Shown piece by piece: positions 10,213 through 20,193 of a stretch of DNA of 64,000 nt. The position numbers and the translations under genes were made by a program. The DNA lies in IMG/VR virus record IMGVR_UViG_3300032116_000001, positions 1-64,000 of that record; one strand, written 5' to 3'. The notes beneath the pieces were generated by a model. That model had not been told where the DNA came from and did no database searches. It saw nothing but the letters and a program-made list of their open reading frames with translations. Position 1 is the first letter of the stretch; every line of letters starts with the position of its first letter.

Positions 10213-10248
10213 TCCCCTATTTTTTCACTCTGAGTTGATATAAAAGAC

Positions 10249-10581
10249 ATGGAAGAACTTTTGTTTAAGCATTATGACTCTTTGCTCGGGGAAGAAAAGG
10301 CAAAGGAAGCTCGTGCTATGGGCAATACTGAAGAAGCTCGGGGCTGGCTGGCTTCCGCGATTATTCTTAATGTTGAGGCCACGGACATTCACGAAAGTGA
10401 GCATGGGGACCCGAAGCGTCCCGAAAAGCTATTAAGTGCAGCCAAGTTACTGTATGATATAAAAGAATGGCGTCATGCAGAGCGACTTGCTGCTGAAGGC
10501 ATTTCTTTGAATGCAGATAGGGACACGTTGGTATCGCTTCGCTCGTTGATGTTGGCGTGCCAAATTATGCTAGGGGATTAA
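10249..10581 (+). CDS. hypothetical helical protein
   Basis: Promoter motif upstream. Confidence 0.7.
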   Translation: MEELLFKHYDSLLGEEKAKEARAMGNTEEARGWLASAIILNVEATDIHESEHGDPKRPEKLLSAAKLLYDIKEWRHAERLAAEGISLNADRDTLVSLRSLMLACQIMLGD

Positions 10582-10585
10582 TCCA

Positions 10586-10927
10586 GTGGAAAAACAAAGA
10601 ATAAAGCACGATCTTGTTCAGATGGAGTGGGGCAATTATTATGGCAGAGAAGTCATCAAGAATGCTTTGAAAATTGTCAATGACCCCGATCAGGCTGCGA
10701 GGAAAGAGGCCTCATGTTGTGTTCGTTGTTATTATGTTACTCAAGTCGGCGGTGCAGCTATGACAACTTGGTATTGTGGCATTTGTGGAGCGAAGGACAT
10801 GCATGGTAGCACCAATACACCTTGTTTGTGCAAGGCGTGTGCGAAAGATAATGGATTGTGTTTTCGCTGCGGAGCGGACATGGAATTAAAGAATCGGAGA
10901 AAACAAAAATGGACGATAACGGACTGA
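10586..10927 (+). CDS. Cys-rich putative zinc-binding protein
   Basis: Four CxxC pairs. Confidence 0.7.
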   Translation: MEKQRIKHDLVQMEWGNYYGREVIKNALKIVNDPDQAARKEASCCVRCYYVTQVGGAAMTTWYCGICGAKDMHGSTNTPCLCKACAKDNGLCFRCGADMELKNRRKQKWTITD

Positions 10928-11221
10928 CATTAAAGTTTTTTACAGTCGGGCGGTTTTCCAAAGCTGCTTGGAATGAAATGGCAACTAAGTTTTTTGACCC
11001 TGGGGTTCAAACTACTATCCCGTCTTACACTCGCGCTGAGGCTTTGCGAACGAAAAAAAGAATGGCTAACAAGAAGATCAACATCATCAATGGTGATGGT
11101 GAAGTAGTTGAGTCTGTCAACTTATACGATCACGTTGTCGTCAGGAATGCCAAGGGTAAGATCGTAGGCTAAGCCACTAAAAAATCCCCTATAAAATCGT
11201 GGGGATTTTCCTATATAAATT

Positions 11222-11485
11222 ATGATTGTTCATCAGAGTTCTTATCGGGGGTGGGACATCGAGATTCGTGAAGTTGATGGTGGGTTTACTGCTGTTTTCT
11301 CGAACGAGTTTGTTGAGAGTTCTTTCCCCGAAGGTGTTCAAAGTGTCAGTATTGAAGACTGCGTTCGGAAGGCACAGCGTTGCATTGATGTGAACGACTA
11401 TCACGAGCCTCAGTATCGTTCTGCTTCTTATCGCGACGTTGAGCCTCCTGATATTGATGATTGGTTGATAGGTAAAGAAAAATGA
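11222..11485 (+). CDS. hypothetical protein
   Basis: Promoter motif upstream. Confidence 0.65.
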   Translation: MIVHQSSYRGWDIEIREVDGGFTAVFSNEFVESSFPEGVQSVSIEDCVRKAQRCIDVNDYHEPQYRSASYRDVEPPDIDDWLIGKEK

Positions 11486-11904
11486 AATGGTTTCCTCGAT
11501 TTGCATGGCTGAAGAAGAATGGATTCACTTACAGGCAGGTCGAGGAATTTTCTATTCCTTTGATTGATGATTGTGTGGCGAAATTGTGTGCAGCTACGGG
11601 CACTCCGATTGTCATCAGTAGTGTTTTACTGGGCGGTAAGTTAAGTGTTCGTGGCCGCTTGATTCGTCAAGTTAGGGTTGATGCTCGCGAGATTGATGGC
11701 TTTGATCGAGATACTCTGCCTCAGAGCGCGATCAAGTATTTCGATCAGTACGTGAATAGTGCTTCACAATCGGAGTTGCGTTACTCTGGCGAGTTTAATT
11801 GGGCTTTAATTGATTTGGATAATCGGACTGTTCAGCATATTCTTGGGCAATATGCTGAACATCTTCGCGTCCTTCATCCTGGTTGCGAGTTTATTGTAAT
11901 TTAA
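11482..11904 (+). CDS. hypothetical protein, related to the C-terminal half of 21692..22321
   Basis: ELRYSGEFNWALI vs EIRYSGDYNWSLL; HPGCEF vs YPGYDI. Confidence 0.7.
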   Translation: MKWFPRFAWLKKNGFTYRQVEEFSIPLIDDCVAKLCAATGTPIVISSVLLGGKLSVRGRLIRQVRVDAREIDGFDRDTLPQSAIKYFDQYVNSASQSELRYSGEFNWALIDLDNRTVQHILGQYAEHLRVLHPGCEFIVI

Positions 11905-12265
11905 CCGCGAGTCCTTGTTCAACTTCTTTTACATATCTATCAAAGAAGTTGGCTGTGATTCTTTTCATAATCGCAGGAGTGATTTCTTGTCCATGTGCCA
12001 CTGCGTTATAAATCTCTGGCAATTCATTGAAATCCTTTTCATACATACTTGGCATAACCATATCTTCCGCTGTCGCTGATTGAATAATATTCACAATAAT
12101 GATTGGGTTTCTTTCTATTTCGTCGATCAGAAAGCGATAAGCATGCTTTTTGATATGATATAGAACTTGAATATAGTCATCTTCCTGGATGTTGTCTGTG
12201 GAGAGGTCACAAATGGTTCCCCCGATCAATTTAACCAAAACTTCGCTCATTTGCTGCATTTGCAT
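11891..12265 (-). CDS. hypothetical protein
   Basis: Reverse-strand promoter-like motif at ~12283-12304 precedes the ATG. Confidence 0.6.
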   Translation of the reverse strand: MQMQQMSEVLVKLIGGTICDLSTDNIQEDDYIQVLYHIKKHAYRFLIDEIERNPIIIVNIIQSATAEDMVMPSMYEKDFNELPEIYNAVAHGQEITPAIMKRITANFFDRYVKEVEQGLAVKLQ

Positions 12266-12337
12266 TATGTATTTGTTTGTGACAGGAAAAATAGGGGATT
12301 TTTTGGAATACATAGTGGAGAGGACAGGAGAAGAACA

Positions 12338-13057
12338 ATGGCTCTTACAACTGCAAGTACATTTCAACCTATCGCTGAGGCCATTGGCGCAGCTGATCAC
12401 AACATACAGAGCACTTTAGACTTGGGTTCTGCCAGCAGCGCGGCGTCTAAGATTACAGATGCTCGCGAAGCGATTGGGGCTGAATCCCTTTTGGCAGCCG
12501 TGGCTGACTTTGACGACATGAACACTTATGAGACGTCGATGCGCACATTGGAAAAGGACTTGGTTACACGTGTTCAACCAGCCGTGGCTGCTGCGATCAC
12601 AGCGACACAAGTCTATTTCCTTGCGGAAACGGGCGCAAATTTTAGAGATTATTTTAATGCAACTACTAGTGGGAAAACATTTACATTTAACACGGACTTC
12701 AATCGATTCCGCACTGCCTGGCGCAGAGTAAGAAATGAAGAGTTAATCGTTCCCATTGGTAGTGTTACTCGATCTGCTGGTGTTTGGCCGACGTCCTTGA
12801 CCACCGAGCAAACATTCTCTTTGCCCAGTTTGCTTGAAGTTCGTGCTGGTAGTTTGATCGGGGCTGCTGCGATCACTCTGAATTTGACTTGTGTGCGTGC
12901 TGATGGGACAAATGATCTGATCGTTTTGAGCATCCCTGCCGCTACGCCCGATGGAACTCGCTTTTCTATTGGTGGGACGCAGAAATACACGAGTGTTACA
13001 ACGGTCACTGCAACTGGTGGCACGAACGCTGATGTGCTCGAAGTCTGGATTCGTTAA
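12338..13057 (+). CDS. putative virion structural protein (Ala/Thr-rich, beta-rich C-terminus)
   Basis: Strong AGGAG SD, MALTTAS start, composition typical of virion proteins, followed by a terminator-like hairpin. Confidence 0.55.
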   Translation: MALTTASTFQPIAEAIGAADHNIQSTLDLGSASSAASKITDAREAIGAESLLAAVADFDDMNTYETSMRTLEKDLVTRVQPAVAAAITATQVYFLAETGANFRDYFNATTSGKTFTFNTDFNRFRTAWRRVRNEELIVPIGSVTRSAGVWPTSLTTEQTFSLPSLLEVRAGSLIGAAAITLNLTCVRADGTNDLIVLSIPAATPDGTRFSIGGTQKYTSVTTVTATGGTNADVLEVWIR

Positions 13058-13153
13058 TTTTCTTGATCATGAGTCGATAGCAGAAGGGCGGAGATTTTCT
13101 CCGTCCTTTTTAATTTTCCCCTATTTTTCTAGGCTTTATTTGATATATAAAAC

Positions 13154-13429
13154 ATGAACGAAGTTTCAGAAAATCAAATTATCGTAGATTGTTATGTTTA
13201 TGAACAGGACCCTAATATGTGGTGTGTTCAGGGGCATCTGGTGACTGGAGGATTGTCTATGATGTTTACGGATGGTCTTGTAGACTGCACTGAGCATTTT
13301 GACGTGTATGTTGACCATTTGCGCACAATGGCCGAAAGCCTTGGAATCCCTTTTGTTCTTGAAAAAGATGCCGTAGAGATTCGGCAAGAACTGGAAGAAG
13401 AAGAAATGGGAGAAGAAAATCATGATTAA
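13154..13429 (+). CDS. hypothetical protein
   Basis: Promoter motif upstream. Confidence 0.7.
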   Translation: MNEVSENQIIVDCYVYEQDPNMWCVQGHLVTGGLSMMFTDGLVDCTEHFDVYVDHLRTMAESLGIPFVLEKDAVEIRQELEEEEMGEENHD

Positions 13430-13619
13430 GGTCGGGCAAGTTGTTTACAACCGTGACAAATCTGAGGTTGGTGTTACCACTGGTTCTGGTCGTCGTTGTC
13501 AATCAAGTGGATGTTCTGGGTTTTGGATTATGGTTCGGTGGGATGATGGGAAAGTCACATGGCCTTGTCTAAAAGGAATGAAATTTGACCCTGATGCGAA
13601 CTCTTGGCAAATTCTGTAA
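13422..13619 (+). CDS. small SH3-like hypothetical protein
   Basis: KVGQVVY...VRWDDGKVTWPC. Confidence 0.6.
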   Translation: MIKVGQVVYNRDKSEVGVTTGSGRRCQSSGCSGFWIMVRWDDGKVTWPCLKGMKFDPDANSWQIL

Positions 13620-13822
13620 AAAATCCCCTTTCTTCTTGATTGTGATCGGATATATAAAGTATGCGATTTAAGATTATTGATTTCAAGCCGTACTTCATTT
13701 TCGATGATGAAGATGAAGCCTATGGTTTTTACAATCGGATTCCCCGTTCTTTGCGGCGATTCTTCTTCTTTCAGTGTGTGGGCGGATATTACAACGCGGT
13801 GACGCTTCGCTACTAAGAAAAT

Positions 13823-14434
13823 ATGACTTACATTGTTAAGCCTTTGTGGGAAATCATGGTCCCCTATGTTATGGGCGATCATGATGGAACAAATCCTGAT
13901 TTACCGAAAAGAAATCGCAACATTCCCGTTCCCTATCATCAAGAATGGGATGAGTTTGTTCGCAATGTGACAGGCGGCTTAACGATTCATCGCGCTGCTC
14001 GTGGTCAGTGGGAAGATCGTGACGGAAAACTTTACAAGGAAATTATGATTCCTGTGCGGATTGCTTGCACACAAGAGCAGATCGCGGAAATCGCGGAATT
14101 TACAATTCAGCATTACAAGCAGAAGGCAGTTTTCGTTACCCTTGTTAGCGAAAAGACTCTGATCTTTTATGCCGATGGTGAAGCTCCTGAGCCAGACCCC
14201 AACACTATCGTTGCCGTGGCGTTTTACTGGGATGACTTGGAAGATATTGGTGGTTGGTGCTCCGATCTCAGTAAGGAAAGCCTCGATTATGAACGCAAAG
14301 AGTCCCCTGGCTTACGCTTCAAGCCCATCTATGCCAGCGATAAAGGACGATGGGAAAACGACATGGAAGATTGGACGTCAGATTGGATAAATGAGCTTTG
14401 CTCTCGTCCTTTTGTATTTGATAAAAATGATTAA
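13823..14434 (+). CDS. hypothetical phage protein
   Basis: LWEIMVP...WDEFVRNVTGGLTI...GQW...MIPVRIAC...HYKQKAV. Confidence 0.7.
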   Translation: MTYIVKPLWEIMVPYVMGDHDGTNPDLPKRNRNIPVPYHQEWDEFVRNVTGGLTIHRAARGQWEDRDGKLYKEIMIPVRIACTQEQIAEIAEFTIQHYKQKAVFVTLVSEKTLIFYADGEAPEPDPNTIVAVAFYWDDLEDIGGWCSDLSKESLDYERKESPGLRFKPIYASDKGRWENDMEDWTSDWINELCSRPFVFDKND

Positions 14435-14909
14435 GCCTCAGAAACCAAGTGCCCGATTAGGATGGATAGCGCCGAATGGTGATTGGTATCCATGCGCTTA
14501 TACTGCTCATCGACATTTAGCCTCGATCATTGGGCAGAATCTATTCCCAGACACATACTTTCATGACGAACTTCTTTTAGAGCAAAATGGATGGGTTTCT
14601 GTTCGATCTGGTGGCATGATTAGTAATGGCAAAATGATCACGCCCGATCAGATGAATACATTAAGGCTAATCGTGGAAGAATTTGAATACATGGAAAGTG
14701 AAAATCCTAATATAAGTTGGGATGAAGAACTCTGTCGTAATCCAGAACTATATTTTCGCGTCCGCTGTTTCACTATGCCAACAGAAGGCATGAAGGCCAG
14801 CTTTGCCAAAACACTACGATCACGATTTGATTACTTATCGGGGAATGATCATTCCTTGGTTGAAGAATCAAGATTGTCACGAAGAAATAACGTTCATCCA
14901 GGGGATTAA
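14427..14909 (+). CDS. hypothetical phage protein
   Basis: GWIAPNGDWYPC...H...LEQNGWV motif. Confidence 0.7.
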   Translation: MIKPQKPSARLGWIAPNGDWYPCAYTAHRHLASIIGQNLFPDTYFHDELLLEQNGWVSVRSGGMISNGKMITPDQMNTLRLIVEEFEYMESENPNISWDEELCRNPELYFRVRCFTMPTEGMKASFAKTLRSRFDYLSGNDHSLVEESRLSRRNNVHPGD

Positions 14910-14950
14910 AATATCCCCTTTCTTTTTGATTGTGATCGGATATATAAACC

Positions 14951-15310
14951 ATGGACTACAAGATCGAATTAAATGAATATTCTGGAATGCTTGTGGGGAA
15001 TAGATGGTACGAGATTGACATCTTCTATTTAAGCGGCGGATGTTTCGTAGTTGCCATTAACTTTTTGGGATTTTATTCAAAAGGAACAAAATTGTCTCAG
15101 CACGGCAAAAAAGAAGTTGTTAAGAAGGCTTGTGGCTCGGTCAATGATGTGAAAGATTTTGTTTTGGCACATTTTGAAATGGAACAATCCACACATGGTG
15201 GTGATGTTGAATTCACTGGGGCGATGATTGATAATGAAGTCCTGACCAAAAGCAAAATCCTTGGTTTTTCGCGGCGCGAAATTGTTATCCCTTCTGCGAG
15301 CTGCTGTTAA
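14951..15310 (+). CDS. hypothetical protein
   Basis: Promoter motif upstream. Confidence 0.65.
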   Translation: MDYKIELNEYSGMLVGNRWYEIDIFYLSGGCFVVAINFLGFYSKGTKLSQHGKKEVVKKACGSVNDVKDFVLAHFEMEQSTHGGDVEFTGAMIDNEVLTKSKILGFSRREIVIPSASCC

Positions 15311-16233
15311 CTTTTTTGATTATCATCATTAGGGTTGGGATCGGGGAAGTTTTCTTGATCTTGAACAAAGTCTCTCAAATCTTCGGTTCGATTAAACCAT
15401 CCTGGGTTTGCTTTGGCATGAGGTCTCGTCTTCAAATAGGCCTCTCGAAGATTCGTGATTTTAATTGCCAGCTCTTGGTCTTTTTCAGGTGTACTTGCGT
15501 ATTCCCACGTAAGTTTCATCGTTGCAGGCCCAAGAACGCCTGTTTGTGGAGCCCCGACAATTCTTTGAAGCAGCCTTATAGCCCTTGTTGTTCCCCCATG
15601 ATATCCCCAGTCGGCGAGGGCCACAGCAGTTCTTTCAGGAAGTTCATTTCCTCGAATGGGGTTCCAATACATCTTTTCCATAATTTTATGGGCTTCATTC
15701 GGGGTCATTTTTCTCACGCTTTGTCTTGGTAAATCCATCGAATCTCGCCATTGATTGTATGTGTTTTGTGTGACGCCCATGTTTGTGGCCCCGCCTGGGT
15801 CAGCGGATTTCTTTCTGTGGACAAATCCGCCTTCTGCTGGCAGCGTGAATTGTTTGAATTTTTTCAGATCGCCACGATTTGGTTTAACTTGTTTTGCTGG
15901 AGCTGGTTTAGTTGCTTGTTGTGGTGCAATAGGCTTGGATGTCTCTTTTCTGATCGGTTCTGGTGCTTTGGCTGCTGGCTGAACAAATTCTGTCGTGATC
16001 TTAACTGGTTCTCGATTTGAATCATAAGCGGGCGTCATTAATGCTTGGCCTGCAAGCATTGCTGGCACGCCGTACATCAGCGCTTTTGCAAATGGGTTTG
16101 TTCGTTTTTTTCTTGATTGAGCAAGTTTAACTGCGATGTCGTCAAGATAGTCAGCCTCTGTATAATGCCCGATATTATCAAGATGGCTGGCTATTCTATT
16201 CAGCTCTCCGATCATAGCAGTAACGTCTCTCAT
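15307..16233 (-). CDS. glycoside hydrolase family 108 lysozyme with PG-binding region and N-terminal leader
   Basis: EGGFVH...DPGGATNMGVTQ...YW...LQRIVGAPQTGVLGPAT...GWFNR. Confidence 0.85.
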   Translation of the reverse strand: MRDVTAMIGELNRIASHLDNIGHYTEADYLDDIAVKLAQSRKKRTNPFAKALMYGVPAMLAGQALMTPAYDSNREPVKITTEFVQPAAKAPEPIRKETSKPIAPQQATKPAPAKQVKPNRGDLKKFKQFTLPAEGGFVHRKKSADPGGATNMGVTQNTYNQWRDSMDLPRQSVRKMTPNEAHKIMEKMYWNPIRGNELPERTAVALADWGYHGGTTRAIRLLQRIVGAPQTGVLGPATMKLTWEYASTPEKDQELAIKITNLREAYLKTRPHAKANPGWFNRTEDLRDFVQDQENFPDPNPNDDNQKS

Positions 16234-16345
16234 ATTGGGCAATCTCCAGAACTTATATTTGGCGAAAATTCTGGCTCTCACCTTTGAGGCTAGACGACAT
16301 TTGAAAAATCCCTTATTTTCGAGGTTCTGATCGGATATATGAGCT

Positions 16346-16519
16346 ATGGACATTTTGCGTTCGCCTATGACTCTCAAACAAATCATTTCCATGTCTGAGA
16401 ATGATGAAAATGGCTACGTTCATGGAATTGTGCCCTTTTCGCTTGATGAAATCATGAACAACGATTTCGAGGGTATGATGGATTTGTTTTCGGAAAGACT
16501 CACTGCCACTGATCTTTAA
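16346..16519 (+). CDS. small hypothetical protein (possibly the 5' part of a frameshifted gene continuing in 16519..16794)
   Basis: Follows the promoter motif; MDILRSPMTL...ERLTATDL; TAATG overlap. Confidence 0.5.
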   Translation: MDILRSPMTLKQIISMSENDENGYVHGIVPFSLDEIMNNDFEGMMDLFSERLTATDL

Positions 16520-16794
16520 TGGATATTCATTACGAGGCTGTTGGCTTTGCTAATGGAATGATCTTGATTAAAGTTACTGGCGACCCTGAAACGATCATTG
16601 AGGGTGAATTTGGTCTAAAGGATGAGTTTCCCTACAATCTTCAACCTGGCGACGAGGTTACTTGGAACGACCCCGATGATGGCCTTTGCAGTGTCACAGG
16701 TATTATTTCTGAGATTGAGTGGAATGGCGACTCTGCAACAATCATGTTTACCTCTGGTCAAGAGATTGAAGTATTGGCAGGAGAGCTTTCGTGA
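16519..16794 (+). CDS. hypothetical protein (SH3-like C-terminus)
   Basis: LQPGDEVTWNDPD. Confidence 0.65.
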   Translation: MDIHYEAVGFANGMILIKVTGDPETIIEGEFGLKDEFPYNLQPGDEVTWNDPDDGLCSVTGIISEIEWNGDSATIMFTSGQEIEVLAGELS

Positions 16795-17321
16795 AGATTA
16801 CTAAGTTTGCAGACATTCCTCAATACACCCGAGGGGCAAATTACGCAGTTAATGTTCCCTGGAGCCACTTGGAACGTGCGCTTGAAGCTTACAATGAGGG
16901 ATGCACTAATCTTTATCTGGACCCTGATTTCCAACGCGGTCATGTCTGGTCACTTGATAAGAAGATTGCTTATGTTACATACATTCTTCGCGGTGGTCAA
17001 GGCAGTCGTGAAATTAAGTTCAATCATCCTAATTGGTCAAATAGTGTCAAAGGAGATATGGTTCTTGTTGACGGTAAACAAAGACTTGAGGCTGTTCGTG
17101 GATTTCTTAGAGATGAATTCCCAATTTATGGTAGCTTGTTCAGTGAATTTACTGATGAATTGCGAATCATGCGATGCGATTTTGTTTTCCAAGTGAATGA
17201 TTTGAAAACCAGAGAGGAAGTTTTACAATGGTATCTTGACTTGAATAGCGGTGGTGTTGTTCACACCGAAGAAGAGCTTAATCGAGTCAGAGAAATGCTT
17301 GAAAAGGAAAAGGGGAATTAA
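16791..17321 (+). CDS. DUF262 (ParB/GmrSD N-terminal-like) domain protein
   Basis: LDPDFQRGHVWS and LVDGKQRL motifs; LNSGG. Confidence 0.85.
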   Translation: MKITKFADIPQYTRGANYAVNVPWSHLERALEAYNEGCTNLYLDPDFQRGHVWSLDKKIAYVTYILRGGQGSREIKFNHPNWSNSVKGDMVLVDGKQRLEAVRGFLRDEFPIYGSLFSEFTDELRIMRCDFVFQVNDLKTREEVLQWYLDLNSGGVVHTEEELNRVREMLEKEKGN

Positions 17322-17361
17322 AAAATCCCCTTTTTCAGAATAATGATCGGATATAAGAAGC

Positions 17362-17709
17362 ATGAGTGAAGATTTTTTGAACGGTTTTGCTATCGGTGCT
17401 GTTGCGATTATAGTTATTTGGGTTTGCTCGGCAATTAAGGCGAGTATTCCAAAACCTACAAACATGGGGTGGCTCGATGGATCGGGTGATTGGATTGAGG
17501 TGGTTCGTATCGGTCACTCAGGAGTGACTGTGCGACATTGTGGGTATAATTCACGTAATTCACACTGGACATTTAGGCGCTGTGCAGAAGATGCTGGCTG
17601 GCCTCTTTCCAAGATGCTTGATTACCTGGGCCTTCCCGATGAAAAGACACTCAAGGAAGCTGACATGACCATGGGTGAATGGCTTTCACAAAAAAATAAA
17701 AATTCTTGA
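17362..17709 (+). CDS. membrane-anchored protein, paralog of 18211..18567
   Basis: N-terminal TM; CAxDAGW...LGLPDExxLKExxMTxGEWL shared. Confidence 0.75.
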   Translation: MSEDFLNGFAIGAVAIIVIWVCSAIKASIPKPTNMGWLDGSGDWIEVVRIGHSGVTVRHCGYNSRNSHWTFRRCAEDAGWPLSKMLDYLGLPDEKTLKEADMTMGEWLSQKNKNS

Positions 17710-17777
17710 AACTTTTCAAAGGTGATCGCCGTATAACAAAAGAACATACACAAAGCAAAAGCTTTAAGGACACAATT

Positions 17778-17846
17778 ATGACTCGCCGATATCTTTCACT
17801 GCTAGGACTCTTATCGCTTTCTCTTGAGAAAGCGGCGATTAGCTGA
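17778..17846 (+). CDS. Leu-rich leader peptide MTRRYLSLLGLLSLSLEKAAIS
   Basis: AAGGAC SD; 7 Leu codons in 22 aa; upstream of a terminator and two tRNA-Leu genes. Confidence 0.8.
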   Translation: MTRRYLSLLGLLSLSLEKAAIS

Positions 17847-17908
17847 TAGATTTTGCGATCAGTGTTTAATCCCCGATTTCTCTCAAGGAGTCGGGGATTT
17901 TTGTTTTT
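17815..17908 (+). promoter_or_regulatory. transcription attenuator (1:2, 2:3 and 3:4 terminator helices)
   Basis: 1:2 CGCTTTCT/AGAAAGCG; 2:3 GAGAAAGCGGCGATTA/TAATCCCCGATTTCTC; 3:4 AATCCCCGATTTC/GGAGTCGGGGATT followed by TTTGTTTTT. Confidence 0.8.
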
Positions 17909-17919
17909 GCGTTTCACAT

Positions 17920-18004
17920 ACCGCTCTGGAGTAGCCAAACTTGCTACAGGCAACAGTCTTAGAAACTGTCTCTTTTCTGGGTTGGAATCCCAGGGGCGGT
18001 ACCA
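17920..18004 (+). tRNA. tRNA-Leu (anticodon TAG), atypical
   Basis: ACCGCTC/GGGCGGT-ACCA; ACAGT-CTTAGAA-ACTGT; T-loop TTGGAAT. Confidence 0.75.
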
Positions 18005-18055
18005 ATATTGACAATAGAATAGAGGAAAGAGAAAATAGATTTTCGAGTGATAAAT

Positions 18056-18142
18056 GCGGACGTGGCGGAATTGGTTTACGCGCTACTTTGAGATGGTAGT
18101 CCCCGATTGGGGGTGTGGGTTCGAGTCCCACCGTCCGCACCA
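18056..18142 (+). tRNA. tRNA-Leu (GAG)
   Basis: Full cloverleaf, long variable arm, CCA. Confidence 0.95.
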
Positions 18143-18210
18143 AAAATCCCTCAAATTTTCGAGCCGCGATTGTATATATGAATTATGAATGATTTTCATG
18201 GGAGTGCTCT

Positions 18211-18567
18211 TTGTCTAGTTGGCTGATCGGGTTGATTATCACGTTCTTTGTGATTTATTTTTTCTTCGGGAGTCAAAACCTTGATGATGAAGAAGAAGAT
18301 TTAGAGTACTTACATTCTTGGAAAGATGGAAATGGCTTTACGACTAAAGTAATCCAAATCGGTCACGATAAGATCGTTGTAGAAAATTTTAGCAGAAAGC
18401 GCGGGCGAAAAGTTCGGGTGTGGACTGTTGAAGAATGCGCCAAAGACGCAGGATGGTCAGTTGAAAAGATGAGAGATCATCTTGGCCTTCCCGATGAAAG
18501 CGCTTTAAAAGAAGTTGAAATGACTCTTGGCGAGTGGCTTCACGAAAAGAATCAACATCAAAGATAG
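18211..18567 (+). CDS. membrane-anchored protein, paralog of 17362..17709
   Basis: Paralogy; start uncertain. Confidence 0.7.
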   Translation: MSSWLIGLIITFFVIYFFFGSQNLDDEEEDLEYLHSWKDGNGFTTKVIQIGHDKIVVENFSRKRGRKVRVWTVEECAKDAGWSVEKMRDHLGLPDESALKEVEMTLGEWLHEKNQHQR

Positions 18568-18621
18568 AACCGATCAGTAAAAAATCCCCTGTTTTCGTGG
18601 GGGATTTTTGATAGATAAAGC

Positions 18622-19747
18622 ATGGCAACACGAGGCTGGGAGCCCACAGACTACAATCCGAACATTATTCGTGATGTTTCTAATCGAACCATTGAAGAAT
18701 TTGAAAACGATATTCGATTTTCTCGTGACTGGGGCTTCGTACAAAGTTATGGCCTTGAAAGAGCTACTCAGCTTCTGGGTCGAGCCCCAGATACCCGAGC
18801 AGTTGAATTCTTTAATGAGTTCATGTCTCAGTATTCCCGAGCCGTCGAGCTTATGGAACAGCTAGGCATCAAAAAGAAGATTCTGAAAAAATTCAAGCGA
18901 TATCCGATTGCTCCTTGTCTTTATGCTGATTTGAATGAAGAATGTAATGATGTATTGACGGGATCGAAAATCGGTGGAATTCCTGACCAGCGCCAAGCTG
19001 GAAGTGCGCTGTCTTCAAGGCAATATTGTTAGTCGCATCAAGGCAGCTTGGCCCAAGGATTCAAATGGTAAATATATGATATTCGTTGGCCAAATCAAAG
19101 TGCCTGGACACATCGTCGCTCCCTGGGATTATATCATGGGCGAGAAAATAGACAAGTATGGAAATTATGATCGACCTCTTAATGGGTTTAGCCACGGGCA
19201 GAACATTTTTGAACAAGAGCATACTTATTTAATTTTTCGCAGTGCGCATGCACCAAATTTTGGAGACATGTTCGATTGTGCGATGGTGCATTCTCGCTTC
19301 GATGCCAATGAATCGGTAAAGGAAGATAAATATATTGAGGCTGTGAAAAAAGCTATTCCGCAGTATCGCCGAAGCAACATGGAAGACAATTGTCCAATTT
19401 GGAGTGATCGGTGTCACACGCTAACTGATTACCGAGTTAGCATGACGCTTGATTTAATTCGCGACTTTGAATGGGCAGGTGGGTTTGAAGGCAATGTATT
19501 TGATTACATAGATTCGTGGAGAGAACACTTCGGTTCTTATGGCACAATTCAAATTTTTGGCGATCCAAGATCACAACAGACCCCACAGCGATTTGCTGAA
19601 ACACGCACTGTTTACCGTCCTCGAATGATGCGCCCGTGGCTTGGAATGACAGACCTAAAGCACGATTACACTTGGCAATATAATTTTTGTCACGAAGGTT
19701 TTCTGAGTGAATCAATTATGGGCAAAGTTGATGGAAGCTGTACCTAA
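18622..19747 (+). pseudogene. probable single gene split by a frameshift (18622..19032 + 18974..19747)
   Basis: One promoter, two overlapping ORFs in different frames, no clear start signal for the second. Confidence 0.45.
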
Positions 19748-19791
19748 TTAAAAATCCCCTGTTTTTCATGGGGGATTTTGATATATAAGGC

Positions 19792-20193
19792 ATGGCTGAT
19801 TATTACACCCATTTTTCCTTTGTCGTTGACGTTAAGAATCGTGAACAAGCAGACGGTTTGAAGAAAATGCTCACCCAGGCCAAAAATGAAGAGCTAAATG
19901 AAGAAACTTTGTACACTCCTTGGAGTTGTGAAACTAAGGACGATTTAACTAGCTTTTGGTTTCACTCTGATGATTGTGGTCAGGTTGATCTTATTGTTGA
20001 CATTTTGGCTAAATGGCAAGAAGACTTCAATTACGATCAGCCCATTTGTTTTGAGTGGGCGAATACTTGTAGTAAGCCCAAACTGGATGCTTTTGGTGGT
20101 GGGTCAGTTCTGATTTACAAGGGCGAAGCTCATTACACGAACACTTTTGATTGGTTGACTAAAAAGAAAGCCGAACTTGGAATCGTTGACTGA
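19792..20193 (+). CDS. hypothetical phage protein
   Basis: Promoter motif; MADYYTHFS...FEWANTCSKPKLDAFGGG. Confidence 0.75.
   Translation: MADYYTHFSFVVDVKNREQADGLKKMLTQAKNEELNEETLYTPWSCETKDDLTSFWFHSDDCGQVDLIVDILAKWQEDFNYDQPICFEWANTCSKPKLDAFGGGSVLIYKGEAHYTNTFDWLTKKKAELGIVD

Noticed and set aside
16234-16392. N-terminal extensions of ORF-track calls (e.g. lysozyme to 16392, and starts at 12167, 24072, 60376)
   Set aside because: They run through promoter motifs or tRNA sequence; downstream ATGs fit better.
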